Source: Epithemia pelagica
Taxonomy: Eukaryota > Protista > Bacillariophyta
Reading direction: 5' to 3'
Assembly (NCBI GenBank): GCA_946965045.2
Contig: OX337231.1
Location: forward strand, 1,798,001-1,862,000
Length of the DNA: 64,000 nt
Made by a program: the position numbers and the translations under genes. This document shows positions 47,022-59,589 of this stretch, piece after piece (position 1 is the first letter of the stretch; every line of letters begins with the position of its first letter). The notes under the pieces are model-generated. The model made no database searches and was not told where the DNA came from. It saw only the letters and a list, made by a program, of their open reading frames with translations.

Positions 47022-48334
47022 ATGACTTGGAAGAACAGTGTTGTTAAGAGCATCTCTATGCTTGCTTGGCTTGGAGCCGCTTTGTCCGAGGAGCCGACAA
47101 CAACAAGCGTGTCTCATGCTTCCTGCGAAGCCTATGGTATGCCTTTTGAAAAGGACAGTACATACCACGGAGATCAAGTTTGTGATCGATCCCGACACAA
47201 TGAGTTCAAACAAAACTTGCATCGTGGTAAGTGTTGGCAAGAAGGCTTTCTTGTATGGAGCGACCAGTCTCATTGATATCATGTGCTTTGATGTCATCAG
47301 GTCATACCTTTCAACGTTTGAACAAAAATAAGGACTTTGTCCATGTGCCAAATGAGAAGACCGTGCTTTGCCCCCTAGATGTCCAAGATTTGGTTCAAAG
47401 CGAAGAGAATAGAAATGGTATGGATACAATGTGGATTGTAGAAAACACAAGTTCCGAGCCCATTGTCTTGTCCTTTGTTGGGAGAGATGGTGTTGAGTAT
47501 TCTGCCTCGAATTCCAAAATTACCCCTCCGCAGGATGATCCTCGTGCTTTTTTGAAGCCCAAACAGTGGAAAGCCCTTCATGCCTGGGAAGGACACGTCT
47601 TCCATGTACGCTCGTTTGATTCGGAAACGGGTACTCTTGGACCTGTCCTTCTCCAACATCGAGTGGGACTCATACCAGTTGGAGCTCGAGCTCAAGATCT
47701 ACAGTGCCCCCTGGACGATCCAGAACCTTTGAAGGACAAGGCTCAACGTGATCCCAATTTCAAGCGTACGCCACCCAGGGTAAATCGTCGCTGCAATACC
47801 ATGGACGTTGGTTTCCGTAATATGGCCAATTGTCCATTAAACGCTTATTACATTCACAAAGATTCAAATCAAACAACGTGCAGAGAAGAGTTCAAGTTTC
47901 ATCTTGGCATGAACCCGCTTCCTGGTGATTTCATGTGGCAGTGGGATTCGCGAACCAAATTTGAGCAAACCTTTGTGGGACACTCTTTTGCCTTTCGATC
48001 GGCTGCAGATCCATCCATTTTGGTCGACACGGTAACGCTACAGCCAACCCGTGTTACAGACTGCCCTCTACTGAAGCAGCAGGCTCAGGTCAACAAAGTT
48101 ACCTCCGTTGGTGAGATGGAACAGGTCTTCTTGCCCCTTTCGGATGATGGGGAAGTTTCGAAGCAAGACCAACTTTTGGATACCCTTGCACGTATGGAGC
48201 GCAATGTCGTGGAGAATGTTTTCAATGTTTCCTACGGACTCAATACGACCGCTGCTAATGGAAATCGATCTCGGTCCCGTCCGCTTCGCCATGGCGCAAG
48301 GCTTTATCATCATCATGCTATCAACTCGTTCTAA
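47022..48334 (+). CDS. Secreted hypothetical protein with two VHL-beta-like domains, 2 exons
   Basis: Signal peptide and intron 47227-47300. Two units: ENTSSEPIVLSFV..G.E..WEGHVFHVR and FRNMANCPLNAYYI..TFVGHSFAFR. Confidence 0.7.
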
Positions 48335-48541
48335 GGATCTTAATGCTCTTACATTCCTTTACCCGCTTTACAGCGTTTGTATCTCATCCTGTTTCACTAT
48401 GTTCCACAACAACAGGGATAAATTCATAAGTTAGAAGAAAACATTCATTTACAATAGTTGCATGATTCGCGTTAACAACCACACATTGCTGGACTCGTAA
48501 ATCCCTTCATCGAGATTTCCGTCGATATGCAAGAGAACAAT

Positions 48542-49838
48542 CTATTGTTCGTCACCCCACTCTGGTGTACCCCATTCGAGTACTTGGACTTTGGCCCCTC
48601 GTGCAATTGTTCTCCCTTCCATTCCTACGCCAGCAATGGCATTTTGAGCAAAAAAGGCGGCATCGGGTTGTTTTTCGGGTGACATTCTGCGAAACTCCCG
48701 CAGAGTCAGCAAAGGCTCTTCATACACATGCCCATTGATCTGGTCAGTACACGATTGTTTGCAGCGAGGGCAGCCCTTGACCACGTGAAAGACGACGCCA
48801 TCAATCGACACGACCTTCCATCGATCCTCTTCAAAGGGTTCCATCGTACTGCCCTCCACGACAATGTTGGGCCGAAATCTACTCATGGGAAGTTCGGGAT
48901 GCTTCTTGGCCTTAATTCGCCGATTGAGTTCATTCAAAGAAGCAGTTGTGGCAATGAGAATGGGAAATCCATCGACGAGGCTCACGGGTGGGTTCTCACA
49001 GGCGGGCAGCAACCGTGTCGATGGTGGTGTAAAGGCTTCTGTGGTGGCACGGCGATCCACCGGGGACTGCCTTACCAAACGCACAGGAGCAGTTTTGAAT
49101 TCATCGGGCAACTGATCATCCGCGTCCAAAAGTTTTCGAAAGAAGGACGACGCTTCATCGCCCATGTCTTGGACCTTTACAACGTCATCCCATAGCTTTG
49201 CCAAATGCTCTGTTGTACGTCCATCTTCCCGAGGCACCGCTTTCGTCGAAACTCTGAGACTATCTCCTGGCAATAGATGACTGGTAAAATGGACAAACTT
49301 TTCGTTCCCATTGTCATTTTGGGTATCCCTGACAATCTTTGCGGTTACAGCGGCAAGGCGAGGACATTGTCTTTGTGACAAAAATCGATGAGTTGGCTCC
49401 CCGTCATCGAAGGCTGTCTTCCAAATGGGAAGAGGCAAGGGTGTTATAAGCATAAATTGTCTATCGTCTTGGAAGCCTTTCGAGTCCAACGTTACACTTG
49501 CCACTTCCACGGCTCGCAAGGACTTGACTTTGGGTGTACATGATTAATGAGGATCCTGATACAAGACATGCTTAAGCCTTTATGTAGGCGCTTTACCACT
49601 TACCAGGATAGATAAAGAGACCAGTTACGGTTCCTCTGAATCTTCTATCTGTTGTGTTCTTCGAATCTTTGGTACCTGTGGATGTCTTTCCTGCAACAAG
49701 CAGCCTTTGAAGATGGATGCGTCCAACAATGGTCCGAACTCGCCGAACAATAGGAACGAACAGCACGGCTGTCAAAGCGACAACCACAAGAGATGTTAGC
49801 AACACTACGCGCTCTGATTGATCAAGCCTTTCCATCAT
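48542..49838 (-). CDS. MOSC-domain protein (mARC-like) with N-terminal membrane anchor, 2 exons
   Basis: LFIYP|VKSLR, DRQFMLI, LSQRQCPRL, DGFPILI, RFRPNIVVEG and CPRC..SCTDQ. Intron 49528-49603. Confidence 0.92.
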
Positions 49839-50055
49839 TTTGAATTGTGATTGTGGATCAAACGTGTACGACAGATGCAATGCGAGAAATTGCCCAAGCA
49901 TGTGAACAAAAATGAAGAGGCAAGATACGCTCGCGTCTTTTTCCTCACCATTGGGTCGCTTGTCGGTCGTCCATATTGGTCCACAAGATCCATATCGACG
50001 CGCTCGCCGTGCTCCTGGCGTTAACGCCATACGTAAGGAACGGGTTTTAAGCGTA

Positions 50056-50822
50056 ACGGAGTAGAAAATAAACTACTCCCATAAAAAATATGGGATCAGT
50101 GCTTTGACTCCCATAAACTACTCCCATCTTAACACGGTTTGAAAACTCCCAGTTTTAATTTCGAGTACAAATTTATTCATAGTGAGAATTTTTTGTCATT
50201 TTAGTCGCTTTTCTCGAACTTGAGCGGCCATCCGCGATGACCATGAGAGACAATGAGGGCGGACAATGAAAATGGCATGGATCATCTTCCAATGATGCCA
50301 AACCAGGTCAGAATGGATGAAGGAAAGTCAATTGATCAAGACAGATGGTATGTGGAGGCGAAAGTTGACCAAGGAAAGGTTCAATGTGTCAAAAAGGGTC
50401 AATGCTGTGAAGCAGGCAAAAACATGGTCTGAGAGAGGGAATTGCCGAATGCTCAACAGAGGTGCTGTCAAATCACAAATAAAGACAAAGTCCTATAGTT
50501 CATATTATTTTACACCAGAATGGAAGGTCTTGACATTTGCTGTAGGATATTGAGTGTGTGCGTACTGCTCAAAGTTGGGCCATGGTCGATGGGATGAGAA
50601 AATCACAAAAATCATCCAAGTTTTGATACACGAAACGACTGTTATAATTTCAAAATCAGTGTAGACTATGATATATGAAAATGTTCAAAATTCCACAAAC
50701 TATTAGAATTACAAGTGAAAAAGACAATGACGTCTATATTCCAATTAGTAGATGTCTTCAAAGTTATGGGAGGAGTGTATATACTGCTCGAATTTATGGG
50801 ATCAGTATATATACTGCTCCCT
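50056..50822. mobile_element. Degenerate non-autonomous TIR element flanked by TA
   Basis: 30-bp terminal inverted match of 23/30. TA on both flanks (50054-50055 and 50823-50824). Clustered TCCCATAA/TTATGGGA motifs at both ends and no intact internal ORF. Confidence 0.5.
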
Positions 50823-51247
50823 TACGTATGGCGTTAATCATACCGATATCGATATTTACTTTTACATATTGGGAGCGCCATCTATGCTGGTATGGGTTTG
50901 GCGACTCGTCTGGTTCTGGTTGCTCGTTGGTCTTGGTGGAATGAGCAATTAAGGAGAGTACAATATTTTCTGGTACCTATTGGTAGGAGTGACCCTAACA
51001 AACCTTCGTTCTCGCCCGTTCGACGAAAACTACTTGCAAGGAGATAGTATTATTATGTGCTACGCACGTGCGCAATGCCTCCTACTTAGGAGTTCAATGC
51101 CGACGGATTATGGTTCCGTTAGGCTATTTAAAGGGTTTCTTTTTCCTTGTACACTACAGAAGAAAGAGAAACAAGACTTGCTGAATCTGGAGGCAGAAAG
51201 ATGGAAATGCACTCATACTTCGTCGTTGACGTTGTGTCCTCATTGCA

Positions 51248-52195
51248 ATGGTCCAAGAGAAACATGATACAAGGCAACGGAGGCGGTTCTTACGTCCGCG
51301 TCCTCAATGGGTCGAAGCACATCCCATGGAGAAACGAGGTGAATTCACACGATTGAACGAGCTTGCGCAGGAAAGTGACCCTGCTCGTGGCCACGACAAC
51401 AACCCTAACGAGCCGTTGCTATCATCGTCATCGGAGCCGTTCACATACTTCGAAGCACCACCTAGCTCCTCAACTGGACCAACTGTGGCGTACAATTGTT
51501 TGTTAATACCGGTATTTTTCGCAGTGTGGTGGTATTGGACAAAACGAACAGCACAAGCCGTGACCAAAGGTCTGTTGAAACATGAAATTCGCATTGTCAC
51601 CTGTAAGAGCAGACATGCAAGTATTTCTCGCACCGCTGAAAATGGTGATGAATGCCATCAGGACTCTTCCCCTTATCAGCTCGACACTGACGGAAACTCG
51701 GTCACCAACGGTCACTCTGAGGGAACCAGTGTTGATTCAATGTCGGAATTGCCCCCTCCGCCACCAGCTGTTTCTCTCATGAGAGATGAGTTTGACACGT
51801 GGGAGGACGTTCTGAAAAATTCTTCTTCGGACGAAAACCGTGTCCAGTGGATCACGGCCTCGAAGCGCATGGACATGGAACACAGATCCGTATCTCCTGC
51901 CAAGGGCAAGACGGCCATCAAGAAACAACAACGACTCTCTGGTAAGCGCGTGTGGGTTGAAGAACAAAAGTCTCGTCGACCCTCAGCATCGCCATTGCGA
52001 CGATCGAACGAACGACAAAAATCTCTAAAGTACCTGAAAGAAGCTTTGATCAAGGAATCCCCAGAGAGTTTGGACGAACGAGCTAATATGCACGTTGCCG
52101 ACGAGGCACCGTCCGTCGGTGAACTTGTGTCTTGCTCGTCACCAGCTCGCAAAATAGATGATATATCGCACCGAGAAATCGCCCCTATTTCATAG
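51248..52195 (+). CDS. Hypothetical protein with one TM helix and low-complexity tail; 5' end uncertain
   Basis: 315-aa ORF with the hydrophobic segment AYNCLLIPVFFAVWWYW. No family motif recognised. Confidence 0.45.
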   Translation: MVQEKHDTRQRRRFLRPRPQWVEAHPMEKRGEFTRLNELAQESDPARGHDNNPNEPLLSSSSEPFTYFEAPPSSSTGPTVAYNCLLIPVFFAVWWYWTKRTAQAVTKGLLKHEIRIVTCKSRHASISRTAENGDECHQDSSPYQLDTDGNSVTNGHSEGTSVDSMSELPPPPPAVSLMRDEFDTWEDVLKNSSSDENRVQWITASKRMDMEHRSVSPAKGKTAIKKQQRLSGKRVWVEEQKSRRPSASPLRRSNERQKSLKYLKEALIKESPESLDERANMHVADEAPSVGELVSCSSPARKIDDISHREIAPIS

Positions 52196-52428
52196 CGCAA
52201 CACCTTGGTAATGAGCACCGTGCATAAGGTGTATTTCACGTAATACTCAGATCTTTTCAGTACCTGACTGATGCTAATGATGATCTTTCGGATTAGAGGC
52301 CAAAGCCACAATCTTTGGAAAACTGCATGTACAAACGCAAGGTGTCTTGGTGCTGTATATTACACATGGCGAAGCATCATTTGACACATTAATGTTTATT
52401 AGGATCTGCCTTTGTGCATTGCAATTTC

Positions 52429-53493
52429 TTAAAGTTCCCCGCAGTCTTTGACAATGACAGGTTGAGCGGTGGCGCCACTCTGACTGCCCACGGCCTCAAT
52501 CTTGTCCACCACGTCCATTCCAGCCGTCACCTTTCCAAAGACAACTTTTGTTCCAGCAAAGCGCATGCATCGATTAGGTGTCAAATTCTTATATTGAAAA
52601 AATTCCATTAAATCGATCACAACGATGTATACGTACCATGCTTTCCGTCCAACCAGGGAGTGTCGACGGTACAAATAAAGAACTGAGATCCATTGGTATT
52701 GGGACCCGCATTGGCCATACTGAGAATACCCTTTCCCGTATGCGTGAGTTCAAAGTTTTCGTCCTGTTCACGACAAGTCATCAATTTGAAAAAAGAAAAG
52801 TATGAGAGACAGGCGCTCCGTCGTAATGATCCGACATGTGCATTATCGAAGAGGGAAACAACGTACGTTGAAGGTGCGGCCGTAAATGGATTTGCCTCCT
52901 GTTCCGTTCATGTTGGTAAAATCTCCGCTGTGTATCGGTAAACAAGTCAGTAAGATGGCCGTGAACGGACAAAACGAAGGCTACGACCATCTCTATAGGC
53001 CTTGCAAGCGAAATCATCTGGTTAACTCGAATGTCGACAAACTCACCCTTGACACATGAATTGGGGAATCACACGATGGAAAGGACTTCCCTTGTATCCG
53101 AATCCAGCCTCGCCAGTACACAGCTGCCGGAAATTTTCGGCGGTTTCGGGAGCGACATCAGCCCTCAACTCAAACTCGATACGACCGACATCTTGTCCAC
53201 CGACTTCCATGTCAAAAAACACTGTATGTGTGATATCAGAATCAGAAGTACGTGGGAACACAACACAGCAGGACAAACCCAAATTAGTTCACACTCTATA
53301 GCATATAATTTCATGCATGTTTTTCAGATGCTCTATCTTTCTTACCTTTGGGATTGTTGAAGAGTTCCGTGGTGCGGCTAAAGGCTCGCACCGCCCCAAC
53401 TCCAGAGCGGAAAGCTGTGTGAGAGGATCTCACACCAAAGGCAGCCGTGACCGAGCTGGAAGAAGCAAGAAGTAGACCAATCATGATATTCAT
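52429..53493 (-). CDS. Cyclophilin-type peptidyl-prolyl isomerase with organellar leader, 5 exons
   Basis: NPK|[36 protein letters not shown]|[32 protein letters not shown] and WLDGKH|VVFG. Introns 53222-53345, 52928-53046, 52764-52866 and 52545-52636 are all in phase. Confidence 0.96.
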
Positions 53494-53756
53494 TGGATTA
53501 GCAAAGGAAATGCTGATTCTCAGACGTTGTCAAACAAATGGATATGCAACACAGCATAAAAGCAGATTTCTATGACACTCTGCTCTGCGTTGGTGGTTTG
53601 ATGCTTGGCGAGGATCTTTTTTGGATCTTTTTCGGCGCATACTGACCAACAGATTCGGTCGCGGAAATAAATCTTGCCAGACCCAGCTCATTTTTTTTCT
53701 AGGAGAGAAGCTTCGAAGTCTCGAAGGCTATGGGCACTCGCATTATGACAAACGTC

Positions 53757-54730
53757 ATGAGATCATGCCTTGCCATGATTATTTGCCCTTTACTGGTTTT
53801 CTTCTTCTTGCCGGTGACAACGCCATGGAATTTTCCATGGTTCACCGTAGCCAAGACAAGTGGACGTATCCATTCGCAACACCAAACAGTTCTTCTTGCC
53901 CATGCTGACAATGATAATGATCGAGTAAAGCCAGCCTTGACTCAAATTCCATTTCATCATGTCGCACTGAAAACGAGAAACATTACAACGGCTATTCAAC
54001 TCTACTCTTTATTTGGGTTTGAAGTATACCATAAATTTCGAGCAGGTAGGACAACACACATCACCGAGAATCAGCCATGACATGCCATACACATAACAAC
54101 ATTTCCATCATTGAATTATGCTATGGTATGGATTGACATTTCACTATTGTATGATGCTGCTAATGCGCCATGTACTCGATGTTTTTCTTGATCACAGGCC
54201 CAGCTCGCGCGGCATGGTTGAAAATGCCCGTCTCGTCATCACCCTCACCCACTGGTTCAAAAACCAGCGAAACTCTTCCCAATCAAGCGTTTTTGGAATT
54301 GATTGAGGTTCCTTTGTACATGCTCCAGGAAGAGCCTGGTATGCGCAAACGAGCCTTGGATTTAGGCCAACGACCAGATCTGTTGGGCTGGAATCACATG
54401 GCTCTCGATCTGACAAACCAGATTGCCACCATGGCACGTGAGCCCAATACTACAAGTTTCGACAACCCTTCCAATATATCAGCTTCTGGAACATTGGCTA
54501 TGTATTTGGAACAATTGAATGCTGCAAGCCTCCAGCGATTTGGAAAATCATTGCGTATCGCTCTACAGCCCAAACAACAATTGATTGGCAACGAAGTGTT
54601 TGAATTGGCATTTCTCTACGATGCCGATGGCTGTCTCATCGAACTGCTGCACAAACAAACAGAACTCACTCAATCCATTGACTCAGGATGGGAACCGCCA
54701 TTGGATCTTGAATTTAAAGGGAAAACATGA
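53757..54730 (+). CDS. Glyoxalase/VOC-superfamily protein with signal peptide, 2 exons
   Basis: FHHVALKT, LELIE, NHMALD and FLYDADGCLIELL. The intron 54046-54197 joins RAG|PARAAWL. Confidence 0.85.
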
Positions 54731-54978
54731 ATAGACATCACTGTTTCAAAGTTCCCCTTCTGAGACCAGCTAAACTTGAGACCCATGACGTGCGAGCTAC
54801 ATTCAATCTATTTTATGGGGTGAATTTCAATTCCACGATAGGTAAAGGACTGAATACATGTGCGATTGCTTCCACAATCATCGACTTGAGTCATAGTGGG
54901 AAACTTTATTATCAGTCATATCACAATCTTCACAGTTGTAGAAATTTTTCCCAAGAGGAGAAGAACCCGGTCATTCCC

Positions 54979-55714
54979 TCAGAACGGTGGAGGCTGCGGC
55001 GGCATTCCGCGTCCCATTCCAGGTGGTGGCATACCCCCCGGCGGCGGAGGAGGGGGAATCCCTACACCACCAGCTCCCACTCCATGTACCGGTGCTGCTC
55101 CCAACCCGACTGGCGGCGCCCGATTCGATGCATTTGGCGGTGGCGCCGCATGCATTCCTCTCCCTGCGCCTCGTGCAACTCCCGGTCCACCCGGAGTTAA
55201 TTTCCCTGTACCGGACGGTGGGGGTGGACCTTCAACGGCCAAACTCACAACATTTTCTCCACGAAGCAATACCAAACCCAAACTGCGCTTTTCGGTTCGT
55301 TCTTCAAGAACAGCGGATCCGCCCTTGCTTTTCAACGTACGAAATTCTTCTGCTTCCGACAAAACCAAATTCAGGTGTTTGTCAAAGGCCAGAAACGTCC
55401 CGACGATGCATCGTCCATCGTGCAATGTTACTCGCAAACGATGTTCCACATATCGCAGTAATTTACTTCCTTTTCCGCTTGGCTGTTACAACATTGTCAA
55501 GAGAAAAGAGAGCATAACAGTATATTAGGACACGTTTCAATGGCACGAGTCAATCTCAGCGTGTGGTGCAGAAATTCCATTCATCAGGGTCGTTCCTGAG
55601 GCCGTCGTCGCCTGGTGTCACCCATGGGCTTGGCGCTACGAGGATTTCGACAAGGCTGATGAGATTTCTTCCACGAACATAACATTAATACGACAGATAA
55701 GAAACACACTCACC
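54979..55714 (-). CDS. SNRPB: Small nuclear ribonucleoprotein SmB/B', 2 exons
   Basis: Exon 1 is ATG only (55712-55714), intron 55483-55711, then PSGKGSKLLRY..RLRVTLHDGR..GTFLAFDKHLNLVLSEAEEFR..LGLVLLRGENVVS and a Pro/Gly-rich tail. Confidence 0.95.
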
Positions 55715-56421
55715 ATTTGGATTGATCGACGATGATTGCGGGCAACAATGAACACAAGGTTTGCTGTTTTGAGCTCTTTTTTCAAATTTAAACCTTGAAA
55801 TTTCAGGCTGATGGCATTCACCTTTTCCGCGACCGATATCCTCTCAGGGGGATTGACCTTACAAGCTGAGTTCAGACAGAATGTTCCTGATGTAGCGCTC
55901 CAGTAGGAAATCTACGTAATACGCGCCAGCCATCTTTGTTAATATAGCCCTTATAATTATGCCTCTGTTGTGCAAAGTGCTTCCGAAACTCGACAATCTC
56001 GCGTTCCCCCAGAAAAACTTCGTTTTGTACGAGACTATCGTGCGTGGGGTGCATCCGATGATCATGTTGTTGTGGATGATGCCAACCGTTTGAGCTGTTG
56101 CCCCATTGGTGGTGGTCGAATAACACCCTAAGGTACCTGGATGCAGCTCGGCAACATCTCGAACGGATGGGGTGGCCCTCCACCATGGTCAACACAGTCG
56201 ACTGTTTTTTCGTAATTTTTGATGAAAATCTAGCGTTCGGAAGAAATCACACATAACACTAAAGTTAATAAAATATTTATTTCAGCCACTAGGAAGTCGC
56301 TAGTCGGACGCTAATAACGCAGAACGCTTTCCAGGATTACTCCTCTGGTACAAATTCTACAGGAGTCTACGACAGGAACACACTCCCTGAACTCAGCTTG
56401 TAGAATCCCTTCGGATTTGGG

Positions 56422-56751
56422 ATGGGAATAGGATCGATGTCTCTGGGTGAGTATTCGGCATTGATACGAGAAGCTGGCATGGGACCACCAACAGCTAAGG
56501 CCTTCACAGATGACGCTGTTACACACGTCGAAGTAAAGCTTGTTCACATCTTCCGTCTCGACGAGAAATGGGAAAAGTTCTGCGCCAATGTGACAACGAG
56601 AACACTGGATCTCTCCTTGGCCATGATGCATCCTATAAAAGTGCTGATATATACAACGGCAGCATCGCTTATACTCTATGCCAGTGCGCAACTCATTCGT
56701 GCCATAAAGTCAAGAGATCAGTGCGACACCACCAAGGATTCCAAAACCTAG
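56422..56751 (+). CDS. Small hypothetical membrane protein
   Basis: 109-aa ATG-initiated ORF with one C-terminal hydrophobic helix. No family recognised. Confidence 0.45.
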   Translation: MGIGSMSLGEYSALIREAGMGPPTAKAFTDDAVTHVEVKLVHIFRLDEKWEKFCANVTTRTLDLSLAMMHPIKVLIYTTAASLILYASAQLIRAIKSRDQCDTTKDSKT

Positions 56752-56862
56752 ACTTACATGGCCATTCTTTAGATAGATTATGATCAAAGTTAGTTTTAAG
56801 ACCATGCATTTCAATTATGAAAAAGTTACTATCATAGATAAACATGAATTGTATGAAGCTTT

Positions 56863-58410
56863 CTACACGTTCTTTCTCATGAAGACATTATACCGTCCTT
56901 CATGACGTCCACGGCCATTTTCAATTTCAAGACTGTCTTCATCCACATCCCATCCATACGTGGAAATGGCTCGAGACCAAAACTCCTTATCGACACCACC
57001 CCAGTCATCCCAGAAGGTACACACGGATTGAGAAACCTGCTCCACCATGACGGGGACACCTGGTCTGGCAATGCGTATCATTTCCGAAACCCATGCCGCG
57101 AACCATTCCTCTTGCTTCTGTTGCATTTCCTCGACTCGGTCCTTTTGTTTGTCTGTGTCTTGATGGCAGAGTTTCTTGTACCTCCACCACAGCTCATCTT
57201 CATCTTCCACACCAGTATCAAGAGGATCTTGGAGAGGAGGGACTTGTCCAGTGAAAACCAAATCAAAGGTATTGTCCGGAACCCACGACAACTCTCGTGA
57301 ATCCCCTTGGCAAAATCCACCGTTTACTCCGTCGGCAGGTAACAATCCATCCTTTGCCAATTGGTTGGCCATGATTACAGATTCCGAAGAGTAATCGTTC
57401 CCATACACGACCAAGCCAGAGATACCCTCACTTTCGTCAAGAATTTCCTGCGTCATGACAAGATTGAGACCTAGGCCAGACGCACTCTCGTAGATTGTGT
57501 CGCCGTCCTCAAGATTGTTGGCATAGTGACGCCGCTTCCAACCCGACATTTCCGGTTTGAATTGGTTGTACGTCGTTTCGTCGTCACGGTCATAAGAACT
57601 TCTTCGGAAGTTTTCAAGAAAGTCAGTTTCATTCGTAACGTGGTCTTCCGAAAGAAGAAAGTATTTAGAATCCGGTGACTCGGACAAAGGAGGACACTCA
57701 AAATGCGGGTAAACGCGATGATTGTGAGGCTTGCCATTGGCTCCACCAGGCGTAGATTCATGGCCATGTGTGTTAGGGTTGTTGTTGCTGTGGTTTGGAT
57801 GGGTGGCGTGGCTATTCTCCGGCGATGAGGGATGATGATTGTCCTTGTGAGGAGTATCGGGCTGATGGCTTGGCGGCTTTGGTACGTGGTTGTTAGCGTC
57901 GTGTTTTGTGTTGTCGTGACTGTTGGTGCTTGGTGTTGGGTGTTCTTCATTAGAGTTAGAATTGGGATCTACTGGAGTTGGAGAAGACTTATGATTGGCA
58001 TCATCAGAAGGTCCAACATGTCCGTTATTAGTAGGGTATCCGTGGTGGTTCTTCTTGGAAAGCACTGGTTTACCCCTGTTGCCACTGGCATTCACAGCCT
58101 TCACAATCCAAAATGTAGTGAGGACAATAGTGGCCGAAACGATTGCGGAGTATAGCACATGGCGCATGCTTGGACGAGCTGGTGCCGAGTGTTCTTTTGC
58201 TACGCGTATGAGACCGTCTATTTTTGTGTTGAGCTCCGGCAAAGAGCCTGAAACAAGAGACATTAATTCTTCGTCATCACCTTCGCCATCATCTACGAGA
58301 TCCACAGTTTCGCCGCTCTCGATCTCCATTGCTTGAGGTCGCGCCTCTTTCCCATTGCTGGATCCGTCCGGCTCTTCACCCGTGGGCAAATCCTTATTTG
58401 GCGTAGTCAT
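56863..58410 (-). CDS. Type II membrane protein with His/Asn/Pro-rich stalk and SAM-dependent methyltransferase-like domain
   Basis: TM helix VLYSAIVSATIVLTTFWIV, then a low-complexity H/N/P stalk, then IYESASGLGLNL (motif I-like), FDLVFTG and EMIRIARPG. Confidence 0.78.
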   Translation of the reverse strand: MTTPNKDLPTGEEPDGSSNGKEARPQAMEIESGETVDLVDDGEGDDEELMSLVSGSLPELNTKIDGLIRVAKEHSAPARPSMRHVLYSAIVSATIVLTTFWIVKAVNASGNRGKPVLSKKNHHGYPTNNGHVGPSDDANHKSSPTPVDPNSNSNEEHPTPSTNSHDNTKHDANNHVPKPPSHQPDTPHKDNHHPSSPENSHATHPNHSNNNPNTHGHESTPGGANGKPHNHRVYPHFECPPLSESPDSKYFLLSEDHVTNETDFLENFRRSSYDRDDETTYNQFKPEMSGWKRRHYANNLEDGDTIYESASGLGLNLVMTQEILDESEGISGLVVYGNDYSSESVIMANQLAKDGLLPADGVNGGFCQGDSRELSWVPDNTFDLVFTGQVPPLQDPLDTGVEDEDELWWRYKKLCHQDTDKQKDRVEEMQQKQEEWFAAWVSEMIRIARPGVPVMVEQVSQSVCTFWDDWGGVDKEFWSRAISTYGWDVDEDSLEIENGRGRHEGRYNVFMRKNV

Positions 58411-58598
58411 CGTGGTTTGATGCAGCAACCACTATGTTGGGGTTTCAACCTTGAATCATTCGAGAACTGAGATTCGGTTTGGTCGTATATGCTGCCATTC
58501 TTCGATGGAAGCCATGGAGTGCGCACCTCTCAAACATGGCTGTTTTTGATCCGTTGGATACGAAATCCTCATTTTTGTGACGGTTGGATAAGGCGCAT

Positions 58599-59589
58599 CG
58601 GGGTGGTAAAAAAAAATCGAGGCAAAAATCAAGATCCGAGTTTCGAGGTGGGGTCTTCTACGGGCCTCGAATTCTTAACCTAGAATCTTTCACCACTTAT
58701 ATACAACTGCCTTCAACATAACCAATAACCAAACGAATTTGACAAGAACAATGCACTCTCGAACATCACATGAAAAGAGTATTGTACTATCCGCAGCTCT
58801 AATGGCTTCGGGTCTCTTGTTCAAAAGTCGCAGGCAAAGGATTATTGAAAACCAACGCCTCTTGTCGTCGATCATTCCAAGGACCCGTCGCAGTGTGCAC
58901 AGTATTATCTATGAACTTGGGCCTCTTGCTAAGCGGTACTATCGGATGCCGGTTCCAGCATTCTGGCACCTCCATGATAGGAAATGTTGTTCGGAAGGAG
59001 AAGTCTCATTTTTGGCTAAATCCGGTGAAAGGTGATCTTGTGACGATGCCTGGATGGTGGTGGAACTACTGCTTGAATGGGAGGAATCAACATTTCTTCG
59101 GGTTTGAGGAGCAACAGAAATTGGTGTGGCAAAGGGATTCGTATGCTGTTGGAGACGCCTCTTGTCCTGGAGAAGGTTGACTTTCTCCGTGTAAAATTGG
59201 TGCTCCGACTCTGTCGAGACAAATTTTGTGGTTGCTGGGTTCTCCTCTTCATCTATTTCTTCAGCAATCACATTGTCTTCATGGGAGGACTTTCCATGAA
59301 GACTCATTGTGGTTGATTCTTGATTCTCGTGTTGATTTTAACAAAGACAACAACAAGAAGAGATAGGGATGATGTTTGGAGTTTTGAGGAAACCTCGGAC
59401 GAGAAGCAACCTCGAATCTTGACCTCGATTTTTGGTCGGAGCGCACTTCGGCCCAAAAATTTTCAAAAGTGCGCGTCGGTCAAAAGTCGAGGTCAAGATT
59501 CGAGGGTACACATAACCTATTCATAACCTATTAGACCAACCTCGAAACTCGAATCTTGATTTTTGCCTCGATTTTTTTTTACCACCCCG
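58599..59589. mobile_element. Non-autonomous TIR element, 991 bp, with 51-bp TIRs
   Basis: 58599-58649 and 59539-59589 are inverted at 50/51. Both flanks read AT within GCGC-AT...AT-GCGC. Extra internal copies of the TCGAG..CAAGATTCGAG motif lie at about 59411-59433 and 59487-59506. The interior has only interrupted reading frames. Confidence 0.88.

Noticed and set aside
46727-47053. Minus-strand ORF with a signal-like start (MDLLLFCCAITIAMAQQ)
   Set aside because: Its ATG at 46981 is only about 40 bp from the divergent ATG at 47022 and it has no motif. It is likely spurious.
55483-55711. CTGATGA...GAAA in the long (229-nt) SmB intron, suggesting a hammerhead ribozyme or snoRNA
   Set aside because: Stem II pairs poorly, stems I and III cannot be formed around a UH site, and the C-to-D spacing is only about 30 nt.
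55860-56200. ORFs 55859-56065 and 55872-56195 upstream of SmB
   Set aside because: No recognisable motif or convincing exon structure.
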